A stretch of 64,000 nucleotides of DNA from Ramazzottius varieornatus (Eukaryota > Animalia > Tardigrada), in NCBI GenBank assembly GCA_001949185.1, contig BDGG01000008.1:1990788-2054787 (forward strand), given 5' to 3'. Of this stretch, positions 39,969 to 51,490 are shown one piece after another. Within the stretch, counting starts at the first letter, position 1; every line of letters starts with the position of its first letter. The notes beneath the pieces were generated by a model. The model made no database searches. It was given only the letters and a program-made list of their open reading frames with translations, and was not told the origin of the DNA. Both the position numbers and the translations under genes were made by a program.

Positions 39969-40589
39969 TACAGGTTCTTCAGATATGGATGCCGACAATA
40001 GTACGCACAGGAACCGCAGAAATCGGTTGTCTAGATTTCTCCGTTTTCGTTCGATATCGACATTCAAAAGTTTCCGCTGCAGATTGGTAGTCCGCGGGAG
40101 CTCTTTGTGGTTTGCCTCACGACAACCAACCTCCACCTTCAGGTGGAATATGCTGGTCAAAGATTGTGGCAATTTTGGCCAGAATTTATGGAAATGCCAT
40201 GCGAAGATTCACGGACCGGTCATCTCAATACATACTGGGGATATGTACAATCTTATCTTGAGTACTATGGGTTGCCTCGAAAAGACGGGTGGCCGTGGGG
40301 ATAAATATGTATTTACCGAAGGACCAAATCGAACTGCCCAGTTCCCGCCCTGGTTCATAATTTTGATTCCGAGGGGCCCATAGCACGCTGCCGTTCCCAA
40401 AGGGCTCCAGTGTCGGGCGATACTGCGGGGATAAGTAAGTGAGGTACAGTAGACCATCTGAGTACAGAAGATCAAGCAAAGAAGATACAGTAGACCGCAC
40501 CTCGTAATTTTTTGATGGTAACGCAGTTCGAACTTTGCTATCTAAAGTCAGCGAGCTACCTCGGTGCGGAATTGGATTTTTACTGTGTA

Positions 40590-41606
40590 CACGGACGACG
40601 GGTAAGTATGGGACAGTAAAAAGTGTGGGACATGCGGAAAGGACGGCCAAATTACATCCTGAATGCGAGCCAGCAATACAATCGAGCCTATGACATAACG
40701 CAGTGAGATTTAACCGTAGAAAATTGTCATGGGCAGTGCCCATCAGCCGATCAGCTGTTCGACTTTTGCGCTTCGAAGCTGCAGATTGGTTATTTACTTT
40801 CTTCCAGAATCGCTCTCGAATTTATATCGTTTCTGTAATTCATATCGTTTCTGTTTCCATAATTTCCCAGCCCTTCAAGACCAAGCGTCCTCGACGGTAG
40901 ACCAAAAAAGCCTTGAAGGACGCGCTGTCTGCTGTTCAGCACGTACGTACAGCAAAGCAGCCTTCACTGTAGACCTGGCAATGGTGTGGTTTCACCACAC
41001 CACACCGAAAAAACCACACCTTTCGGTTTTGGTGTGCGCCAAACACCACACCGAAAAAAGTGGTGTCCGTTTCACACCGAATTTTTGGTTTCGGTGCTCA
41101 ATGACACCACATCACACTAAACCGAAAAACTTTCGGTGCACCATTTCACAGGAAAGCATGCCTTCATCGCTAAATAAATTGAAGTATGGCGCGCTCTACT
41201 GCCGGAAAGCCCAGGAAAAATCGACCGGGCCAGCAGAAACTAGCACTACGATGCGCTCGGTTTCTGTTTATGCATCGTCTGTACGGTACGCCAGATTTCG
41301 CTACACAGCGGCCACCAAATACTCGTTTTGCTTTTTCGGTTTTTCGGTTTGGTGTGGTGTGGTGCACCGAAAAAGTAGTATCTGATCCACACCACACTGA
41401 AGAAAGTGGTGTGGCGTTCGCACCGAAAAAGTAATTTCGGTGTGAGAAAACACCAAACCGAAAAACACCACATCACACTTAATCACACTTTTGCCAGGTC
41501 CAGCCTTCCGTGCTGGTTTTTACTTCAAGAATCACATGCCCGTGCCGCCGTAGCGAAAAGACCTGTCCCATACTTTTTACTGTCCCATACTTACCCGTCA
41601 TGCGTG
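40590..41606. mobile_element. CAC-end MITE carrying a nested hAT-like element (40970-41502)
   Basis: Outer TIR cacggacgacgggtaagtatgggacagtaaaaagt; inner TIR tagacctggcaa / ttgccaggtcca with many caccacaccgaaaa subterminal motifs in both orientations. Confidence 0.8.
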
Positions 41607-43482
41607 TACTGATAGACATTGATTACGATCGAACTTTGTTATTGTTGCAACATTGTTGCGAAGTTTCATGCGTAACGTATAACTGTTTTTTTAGCTACCT
41701 TTGATAATACTGAATTTCAGTACTTCGAAATCTGAAAGACGCGAAGGAATTACGAGCTTATCTTTTTTCAACAGGTGGAACTATACGAAATGCGGCAATA
41801 ATTCCACGGCATGTTGCCAGTAGTCGAGGATGTACGAGTGTCCGGGATCCCCACCCTGCAACCAAACCTAATGAAGAGTTTAGCTTGCGTAAGTTTTGCT
41901 CGAGACCACCTTCGTATTGCCTTTTATCAGGGAAAGTTGCAGGGATACATACTGGCGTTTGATGGTTAAAGCGACCGACAGTGGCGCCGTTGCAGGTACT
42001 CTCGTGGGATAATTTAGTAGCGCAAATACTTTTGCTGTCTGTTAATGTTTTTCGCTTGGATCCAAACGTGGTGTGCTTGATAACTTTCTCCAGCCGATCG
42101 CGATATAGACGACTTTCGTCTTCATGAGAATAAAATTCACCGGTTGAACGTATGACTTACGACCGGCACAGTCAAGTCAGTATAATGGCGCCATATCTCG
42201 TTTCAGTTCCTGGTCATGAAAACTTAGAGAAATGTGTAATTACGATGTTGGAAATTAGACAGGTTCCATCCCAAGCTATAGAGGCGAGATCGATCTGATA
42301 CAGGCAAGGAATCATGTTTTGGAATGGTCGAATCATGAAGAGGACAGTCGAATCGCCATTGATTGAGACAGATTATTTCGGCTTTCACTTTGGGCGGTGG
42401 TTTGTTTTCTGGAGGCATGTTGAGCTGCAGTACGACGCCGGTTAACGCGGCCAGTATGACGAACACTCCACACAGGTGACACGGCGCGTACGCGTTGTCG
42501 GTCATCTCCGCCACTTTTTGTAGAACATACACATGGAAAAAAATTGACTATGGCTAACAACACGTTACCGCTGGGTATCAGCGTGCTACCATACTGCCCA
42601 AAGGTGGGAATATCAAGCTGCCAATGCCCTGCACAAAACTCCCGTAGGAGAACGACGTGCAGAACCGATTACTGCCGAACATCTCCATCTGTAGTCCGGG
42701 CCACATACACCACTTGATGGCCAAGAAGAATGACAAAGCTCCCGACCATGCAGCCAGGGCCACAAGGGTCGTACTCCAGGTGAACAGGAACAAGCATACC
42801 ACAGACAACAGTGTCATAACATGCGCAATGTTGAACCTGGTGATGCGTCCCGATACCCAGGGTGTGGCGCTTACGGCAACGGTCAGCAGTCTAGCGACCA
42901 TGTCCGTGAAACCACCGACCTACAAAGTGACATTTAGGCGAGTACATGATCCCCACCGGAGTGACGAACACTTACACCAATGATCGAAGTGGCGCCCTGT
43001 TCGTTGATCTCAAGGATATCCGTGACGAAGCGGAAAGGGAGGAATCCGTAGATCATGAGGCCTGACATGAGAAAGGGGTGCAGCATAAGGATGTAGAAGG
43101 GTATGTCGCGGAACAAAGATAGGTTAGCCGACTTTGCAAAAGTAACTTTTTCGTTGGTTCCGGCAGCTTGTAACTGATGTGAAGGTAGGAGCAGGGCGCA
43201 TAGACCTATGAGGATAGTCAAAAACCCAATGAAGATACAAGATTCTCGCCAACCGTAGTTGGTAATAAGTAGTTGCTGCAAGGGTGGTACGGCCATGACA
43301 CTGAGACCACCACCGACTGTTACGGCCGAAGTTGCAAACGTTTGCCGGCGCCGGAAGTGAAGAGCGATGATACCAAAACTTGGTGCGTATGCCAAACCGA
43401 AACCAACAGCTGCAACAGAAACCTTCTCAGAGCATGCATATGACTGTACTTTGTACAAGTGTAAGACAAAGTTAACCTTCGA

Positions 43483-43608
43483 AAATGGGTAAGATGGATA
43501 GGCGGAGCTGTATATTATAGGATGGCCGACCAGATTTTGAGTTAGCTTGTAGCGCTTTTTCTAGTTGTCGAGATTCAGCTAGCTCGGCTCATCCATCTTA
43601 CCCATTTT
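43483..43608. mobile_element. Small palindromic MITE in an MCT intron
   Basis: aaaatgggtaagatggat.ggcggagct ... agctcggctcatccatcttacccatttt. Confidence 0.7.
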
Positions 43609-43827
43609 AAAGTCTTATTTCGTCTTTCACTTGTACGTAGACTATAGGAGCATGCATTTGTCAGATTGCGGTTTGCTAGTGGTCAGCGGTAAAGATGCCA
43701 AACGTCACAAAAATCAACTCGATATTTTGCACGAAATAGGTACTGAAATATCCAGTAGTGGCAATCAGGGATGCGGTAATTATTACTGCACGATATCCGT
43801 ATCTGTTGGCCAAAGTACTCCCCAGTG

Positions 43828-45169
43828 TCCAGTTTGACTCGCCACAAGAGAAGCAGGACTTATTGAAAAAGGACTTACTGGTGGAAGGAAGACCCAGACG
43901 GGCGGACACTGGCAATCGGGGCTTGGCATTTTGGTAGGACCTCTCGTGTACTCTACACCAAATGGCAGTATCAAGAGGTTTGGAAATGGCGTAGCGCCGG
44001 AAGTTTTCATCGTACACCAGCCAAGGCTCGTCACGCTCAGCCATGCTGGTGATAAGGTCCACGTAGCTAAGGAAAGGAAGGCAGAACTGTGGGTTTTCGG
44101 ACTGACGATACGCGGCGAACACGATGAAAGCCCGGATCCATTCAACAATATTCTTGATTTCTTCTCGGGGATTGTCGGAGGACGAACGGCGATAATGGAC
44201 AGCCTGATCGAGATCACGATTTTAAGGAAGTAGATCGCCCAAATGGACATGTTCTCCCACCTCTTTACAACGAGCGGCAAGATCCGAGGTTAGCGTAGGT
44301 AGTTCCACAGCATCCATAATCACGCTGGTGGGATTAGTAGCTGGGAAGACGACAAGAGGAGAAGTGACTTGTTGTAAGGAGGACTTGCCTTTGACGCCGC
44401 CGTAGACATTGGACAAGGAATGACGCTGGTTTGCAGTTTGTGAAGTCGAAGGTTGAGACTCTGTGATCGAAGCGAGGACTCGAATCCTTTCAGCGTTCAG
44501 GTCTTGAGCTCTCTGTAGCTCCTCCGATTTCTTTTGGAATACCAGTTGCTGATCCAATAAATCATTCATAGTGGCAGGGCCATCGTCAGGTTGAGCACGC
44601 TTCTTCTGATTCGGGGAACCATCAAGGATGGCGAGATCGTCGGAGACATTCTCGTAATGGTTGGAAGAGGCATCGGAAATGGCATCTTCCTGGACATCGG
44701 GTGCTTTTGGTAGACGACCGCGTCCCCGTACTGACTGAGCCTTTCCGCGAGCTGGTTGGACTCTCCCACGTCTCGTGCGTGTTGAAGTGCGAATGGTTAT
44801 TCCAGATCCTCTTGTACGAACCATGGCGTCAAAATGCAGATATAATAACAGAGATTAAAATGGAAGGATAAACTACGATAAATCGAGCACAATCAACGAT
44901 AATCCGTGTGTATAAACACGCAACAAGTGAGTTAAGTGGTGTGCAGGACAAGCGCGTTAAACGGCGCACGGGACATCCACAAAATGCGAGGAGCTTGCAG
45001 AATCAAGAATGAATCGAGAGATGACTTGGTCAGCGATGGTTATGGTCAAGATGGGCTACCTCGAACGTTCACATCAAGTGCGTACGAAGAGAAATATGAG
45101 AAGGAAACCCAGAGAAGGAGGAGGAAGTCGCTCCACAGTTAAGCGCAAATAAGCTGTGCTTATTTTCTA
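43828..45169 (-). mobile_element. 5' fragment (leader plus gag) of a DIRS/Ngaro-like tyrosine-recombinase retrotransposon
   Basis: One reading frame from 44824 to 43828 with a single TAA at 44222: GEHVHLGDLLP*...IKNIVEWIRAFIVFAAY...LSYVDLI...WLVYDENFRR...W...CFSCGESN (truncated Zn knuckle). Flanked by an exact 35-bp direct repeat (43793-43827 = 45170-45204). Confidence 0.75.
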
Positions 45170-45859
45170 ATATCCGTATCTGTTGGCCAAAGTACTCCCC
45201 AGTGGAGCTGAAAAAGAGAATCTCAGTGCTACCTTTACCTGAATCACTGTGCTATCTTACCAACAATTTTGGCGAGTGCATGGCTAAGAGAAAACAACGC
45301 GGAAGTGAGCACAGTGCTCTTGCCGAATTCCTTAAGAAACGCCGCGTACAACAGAGACGTTCCAGCGAGGCAGCGATTGATGATGCCAAAAAATAAAGAA
45401 GGAAGCAGCCAGTACAACCCAAGCCCATCCTGAATCCACCGCTTGTCCACAGCTTTGGGCTACGAGGACTGTTGCACGGGGCTCTTTACCGCCATCGGGA
45501 GAGACCGGACGGGCCTTCTCAACATACGCAGGTAAGGTTGGCGGAATCTCTCCCAGCTCGAAATCCATCCCTGGTCACTTTCCTCTCTACCCACTTGCGA
45601 CGCATATTGATGTATAGGGAATCGACTGGACATAGAATGCGGAAAGCGTCCCTTTTTCACTCCAAAAAGCATCATCGAAAAATCTTAAGACAACAAAGCG
45701 TAATCAAAGTAGGCAGACAAGATATTAGCTGTTATCGCTGGATCATTTTTAAACTTAGGTTCAGAATTAAACCTGAAACCCCACCCTGCTGGGGCGGGGA
45801 TTCCTTAAATTTTCAATATGCCTTATGTCACAGATATCCAAAAGTTTTTAATGTACACG

Positions 45860-46055
45860 CAGGACGAGAATTTATGGTACATTAAAAATTATGGTACTGG
45901 CCTTTTCGCTACGGCGGTACTGGAGCACGTACGTACTCAACTAATCCACAGTAATACATTTTTTGACACTTTCTATGATCGGATTTCCATTTCGCCGTCC
46001 TTTCTGCCTGTCCCATCATTTTTACTGTACCATAATTTCTTGTCTTGCTTGTAGT
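45860..46055 (-). repeat. Inverted copy of the 22.3-kb CAC-end MITE family
   Basis: atggtactggccttttcgctacggcggt...cagtaatacattttt..acacttt.ctatg.tcggatttccatttcgccgtcctttc is the reverse complement of 22310-22440. Confidence 0.75.
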
Positions 46056-46187
46056 GCTCCTAAATCAACGCGCACTCAAAGGCGTGAACAGTAAATGATG
46101 CCCGGGTGCGAGTCACACAGGCTGCGCTGATAACATCTGATCATACTGGACAACGATGACTTATCCCGTGGTTGAGTGTAGTGCCAA

Positions 46188-46530
46188 CAGTGCTGAACGC
46201 GGTATCGGTATCACCCGGTAATACCTGTAACTGGTACCGATTTCGGAGTAACGATACTTTACCGATTACTGAGACGCGATAACGATTCCTTACGGGAGGT
46301 ATTTCAGGTATTTATCCGGTACTACCGGCCATTCAAGCTTGCCGGTAAATAGCGAAAATACAGGGGAAAACTCGAAAAATTAACCTAGCAGTCTGATTTA
46401 CTTATTTTGGTCTGTACTTTACCGGAGGTATTAACGATACATCTGGAGGAATACCGATACTTCAACGGCAAGCACAGCTAATATATTTTACTTTACCGAG
46501 TACTGAAAACCCAATACCTGTTCAACACTG
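46188..46530. mobile_element. hAT-like MITE
   Basis: TIR cagtgctgaac / gttcaacactg; repeated ggtat/atacc subterminal motifs; degenerate 8-bp target duplication agtgccaa/agtgtcat. Confidence 0.75.
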
Positions 46531-46922
46531 AGTGTCATTCCTTTTACCACCCGATATTAGGCGCGAACCAGATAGGCTAAAACCGATAACGTCATACACG
46601 GCTCTGACACAAATGCATAGCGTACGACCGTACGGTTGTACACACTACTGTTGTACAATACCCACGAACCCCTACTTGCGCAACACGCAACTGGAAAATT
46701 AATTTTCCGAAATCCTGATTTCGTCAGACGATCCCTCTCCCTGTTGATGTTTGTTTCTTTCCAGCTTCCAGGTAGAGTTCGTCCGTGTTGTTGTTATCGC
46801 AGTCGTCCTGCGCGCACGCAAGTGTGTGTCGTTACGAGCGTGTTGGGCTGAGTCTGGTACCGCCTCCCACAGCCGAATGTGGGTGCGCTGCGTGGGGGCG
46901 CGTGGCGGAAGGATTGGCACTA

Positions 46923-47180
46923 CAGTGCGGTCGCTCGAAATCTGGTACCTGATTTTGCGATTTCAAAATAAAGAAATCATGCAAAATTAACGATACTGCG
47001 AGCCATACCGACACAGCCGGTCCACATGCAGGTTGATTACTTGACCACACCAGTAGAGCTACGGTGTAATTTATGTGTAATGTGATTTCGGCCTTGGCTT
47101 GTCGTGCTGTATGGCGAATGTATAGCAGACTTCAAAACAAAATCGGAGAAATAGGTACCAGATTTCGATCGACCGGACTG
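46923..47180. mobile_element. Tc1/mariner-type MITE
   Basis: ta|cagtgcggtcgctcgaaatctggtacct ... aggtaccagatttcgatcgaccggactg. Confidence 0.8.
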
Positions 47181-49291
47181 TGGTTGATTTGGGAGCACTA
47201 TAGTATCGTTTTCAACATTAATATCCGGCGGTTAAGCTTCTGAACAGTTGCTCCGCTCAGAACTGGTATCTGAAGATAGGGAAAACATTCCTCTACTGAT
47301 TGGGACCACACAGGTGGGAAACGGAATGGGAGAACGTCCTAAATGAATAATCCCGCAAACCACCCGAAAAACGACATAGTGAAAACTGAAAAGCCTTCCC
47401 TTGTTCTGTTTACTCTTACTATATCTGAGTACTACGCAGTACTTCCTGCTTCGATGCGTAGCCATACATTATTGCCTTCACGAAGCGGTACGCCGTTTTC
47501 CTCGTTCGCTTTCTCGTATTGCTTCCACCCGCCAGCACCTGTTTTTTTTTCTTGGAGGTTCTTTACCTATAGAAAACCCTCATGTAAAAGAGAATAAGCT
47601 GATCCGCTGACTAAAAAGGTTGATATCAAATTTTGAGCGGCATAGGAAATTTGATTATTGTAGCTGCTTAGCTCCACCTACTCTCTACTCTAATCACGTG
47701 TTAGGTTGAGACTTGTGACAAGCGTAACTTTTCCGGAAGCGTTTGCTAGACATCCACCATTTTTCGCAACTTGATTCACATCGAGGTATTAAATCAAAAA
47801 TGCTTGGATTTTGAGTGAGCGAACGAGTATGAGGAATTTTGAGTTCCGCATCTGAAAACTGGATCGGATCCGTTACAGAATTGCGTTTAGTGAGACTAGT
47901 CACAGTTAAAGGTAAAGAGAATTCACGAAAAAGCTTGAAGCTACAGTCAAAAACACCTTGATTATTGTGATAAAGCCACAGTGAAATTTGCAGCTTCGTA
48001 TGATCTTCCGAAGCTACAATTACATCCACAGTCACACTGAAAAATTTCAATGTTTGGTCGGTTATGGAAGCCGTCGTTAAGGATGTAGTTATCAGTCAAC
48101 TGGCAGTATCGTAGGAATGATACTGCCAGTTGATTTGCTGACTAATTTATACGACAGTCACGTGGTTGTGAAGATGAAACACTGATCTTCATAAAGACGT
48201 TTAAGATATCACAATCGGGTTAGTGCGAAATTAGTTATGAGGTTTTGAAACGAAGATGGGGGTGGACGGATAAATATGAGACTCAGTGTATATAATAGTA
48301 TATATTAGTTCGACAAATAGTATATAATCGATGTCAGACCTCTAAAGACACCGTTAGAACAACAGTTAGAACTTCATTGAGATATCTTCAGAGAACATCT
48401 GAAGTTTGGAAACAGTTTTGGAAGAAATTGGCCGCAGAGAAGCTTGTTGAAAAAGCTACTCAATCTCCTTGCTCTATGGACTATCGGTCCATATGCCTTC
48501 ATCCAAAATCAATCCTTGATTAGCGTAGTGAGTCAAAGCCGTTCAGGTCTGCCTCCGTCATCGATTTTGATTGGTCGGCTCCTCCGCTAACAAATCACGT
48601 TTGATATCAACCTCCCTGATCTAATCTAGCCTGTGCCGATTACTCAAACCGTTATACCGTATAATACAAATTCAAATCTAAATTCCAAATCTAAAAACCC
48701 CGCCGGTAAGACGCTATTGATAATTCATCCGGATTAAAGTCTTCCGTGAGTTACCGACTTATCGTCCAATCAAGAAATAGATGAGTTATCCCGCGAACGA
48801 GGTCTTGCATGTTGCACTTGGCTCCGCGATGACCCGTTCACAGTGTACGTATGTGTTGGACAGGAAGTGAGAATTTCTGGAAGACAAGTTCAGCTGAGCT
48901 AATCTTCAAACTTCAGAAATCACGCCACGTCCGCAGACACGTCGAAAAGAAACGGAACCTGGACACACTATAGTCTGACCAATTTGAGCAGTTTACGAGA
49001 GGATTAGTCAGTCAAATGTTCGAATAACTGAGCTATCGTTTTCCTTGTACAAGAAGAGAAACGTCTGTAGCCGGTGCCAATTATTGCGTTGTTGCGCTCG
49101 GCGCAGTTATTGTCAGGTACTACCTAGCCGCGCCATTACTGCTCGGTCCAGCGCCCTTATTGCGCCAGAACGATTGTCACGCGGTCTCTTACAATTGCTT
49201 TATTGTTATGAGGACCGTTCGAACCACTTCCTGAGAATCAGTCTGACAACAAGTTGCCTTGAGTCTTCGAGACCATGTAGCAAGCACAGTA

Positions 49292-49475
49292 CAGGAGGAG
49301 TAAGCATGTGTGACCCAGTAGTCTCAGACGGCGTGACATGTATCAAGTATTCATTACGTTAACAGANNNNNNNNNNNNNNNNNNNNNNNNNNNNNNNNNN
49401 NNNNNNNNNNNNNNNNNNNNNNNNNNNTGGATGCGCCGTCTGAGACTACTGGGTCACACATGCTTACTCCTCCTG
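49292..49475. mobile_element. TA-flanked element with perfect ~42-bp TIRs; interior hidden by an assembly gap
   Basis: ta|caggaggagtaagcatgtgtgacccagtagtctcagacggcg ...NNN... cgccgtctgagactactgggtcacacatgcttactcctcctg|ta. Confidence 0.85.
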
Positions 49476-49603
49476 TAGCTTTATTCCATGTCGACAACTT
49501 TGCGGGTCGTGATCTGCTGTGAATTACTGGTCTAGTCAAAACAGACACATTCTAGCCTGTGCCATTGTTGCGTTGATGCATTAGCGGAATAGCACAACAA
49601 TTA

Positions 49604-49718
49604 CTGTATACTCCCCCGAAATTCACGTACGTCACTCCATTCAGAGTGTAAAATTAGACGGTAACACCCCACTGATTTGAGAGTCACTGACGTACGTGAA
49701 TTTCAGGAGAGCATACAG
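49604..49718. mobile_element. Short TA-flanked MITE (sister of 39646-39761)
   Basis: ta|ctgtatactcccccgaaattcacgtacgtca ... tgacgtacgtgaatttcaggagagcatacag|ta. Confidence 0.8.
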
Positions 49719-51377
49719 TATGACGGACTATAGCTAGTCCGTCATGAATTGTTGCGCCTTCACCAGTGAGCCTGCCACAGATGGTTTGGGACGGTGGCCT
49801 GCCAAGTTATGTGCAGCAACTTTTCAGCTATTGCCTATTTTGACTCGCGCAGTTTCTACCTGTTTTATCATTTGGAGTGCGTCGTTGCCACGTTACCGAT
49901 CGGTTCGAAAGCCGGGTGGAATTGCTGCGTTTTATACCTCTTGGCGGACCAACACAGATGCGTATCCCTGTGCAGGTGGCTCATTGGGTCAAATTATGTT
50001 CGAAAACTCGCCGAAACCGGGCCTTTCCATACAACAAAGATGGGCTTTTCCCACAGATATGTGCTGAGTGGCTTCGGTCTTGACGATGTCGATACATCGT
50101 GCAAAATCCACAAGCTTTGACTGCATCATCAGACTTTATCCGTCGCAATCAATCGCAGCAATACGTTCGGTGTGCTCTGTCCCTTTTACCGAGTTTCTTA
50201 CTGGCCCGTCTACGCTGGAACCACGCCTGGGCTAAGGCCGGGAATTCCGGGAATATTCCCACCCAAACGAGTTCAGAATTACAGTACCGGGAAAATCTCG
50301 CCCAAACATGAGGACCGGGAACGTCTGCCTGGGAAGATCGGGAACGCTAATTGGGGTGGAACTTACAATTAATACTAGTAATAAATATAAAAACATAAGG
50401 CGAAACATGAGTCGATCCACCGACTTCCAGGTCTCAAGAATGTCTTTCTGGTGCAGCGGTAGCGTTTGCTGGCGTGACTAACATTTTTCCGTTTTCGTAC
50501 TGATTCATGTTGGGTCGTGTGGCACTCTGCTACCTCGGTTCATAAGGGCGTACGTCTACCTTGATTGTTGATTCTAGCTACACAGTCCGAGCGTACTCGA
50601 GACACCGTACGACATTACAGATACCACGACTTGGTTTTTCCGCAAATGCCTTACGTCAGTTACGACGCTCTCACCACATTTTACCCTTCAGGTTGTGTAT
50701 ACGTTTATACGCTTCCTCTAGTGCTTTCATTGTCCTGTACACGCTCGACGGGAAATTAAAAGACAGTAAAGTTGTGGGACAGGCGGAAAAACGGTAAAAT
50801 GGAACTTCAACCGTAGAAAAGTGTTGAAACGTAGAACAGTGTAAATCGGTCGGAAAAACAAGATTATTTCAGAATTTCACTATTTGCTGAACGTAGTCTA
50901 AGCTCTGTTTCACCAACGATAGACCCAAGACTTCCCAAACGGTGAACCTCCTGCAGAACCACTTAAGCCCACATTGGCTTTGAATGTTCAAACAGCTGGA
51001 AGGGCTATCGAATGGCCGTTCCGCAAAGCTGAGCTTACCTCTCGATCGTTCCGCTACCGGGGGAGATCAGCTGATAAGATGCCTGATCCTCGTAATCTAT
51101 GTTTCTGAACGGAATCTTACGCATTAATCAGGTCCAATCAGGTCCGAATGTAGCTATCGAATGATCCTGCGGAATTTTCAGCCTGTATTTCAATGTAGTT
51201 CTCGTGTATGGCAATTCGAAAAGACTGATTCAAAAAAGTAATTTAAATAATCAGTAGATTTTCGAATTACAGAATTACATTCCTAGGCCAAGTCAGGCCC
51301 TTAGTCCACCCCTAGCTGGAACAAGCTTTGGGAAGCATCCAAAGAGACAATATGCGCACATATCCACTGCGTACCGC

Positions 51378-51490
51378 ACCGCGCAATAATGGCGCCGGAC
51401 CGAGCAGCAATGGCACCGGATCGCGCAACAATGGTGCCGAGAGGTCGTACCTGACAACAATTCCGCCCAGCGCAACAACGGCACCGGCTA
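51378..51490. repeat. Degenerate 21-bp minisatellite
   Basis: ccgcgcaataatggcgccgga / ccgagcagcaatggcaccgga / tcgcgcaacaatggtgccgag, plus a later related unit. Confidence 0.55.

Larger units (their letters stand above)
42224..45568 (-). pseudogene. Monocarboxylate transporter (SLC16/MFS) pseudogene
   Basis: Motifs DSGWAWVVLAASF, PLGSTLANRYGYRAV, VGFGLAYAPS..HFRRRQTFATS, YGWR, GSLIFPPLG. Lesions: +1 frameshift in a T run at about 45390, a gag insertion in exon 2 that creates an immediate TAG, and apparently damaged splice sites near 43688, 42598 and 42533. Confidence 0.85.

Noticed and set aside
40970-41502. Recurrent caccacaccgaaaa motifs as a CRISPR-like array, and the 218-aa ORF 40729-41385
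   Set aside because: Irregular spacing, both orientations, eukaryotic context and bounding TIRs identify these as transposon subterminal repeats; the ORF is incidental.
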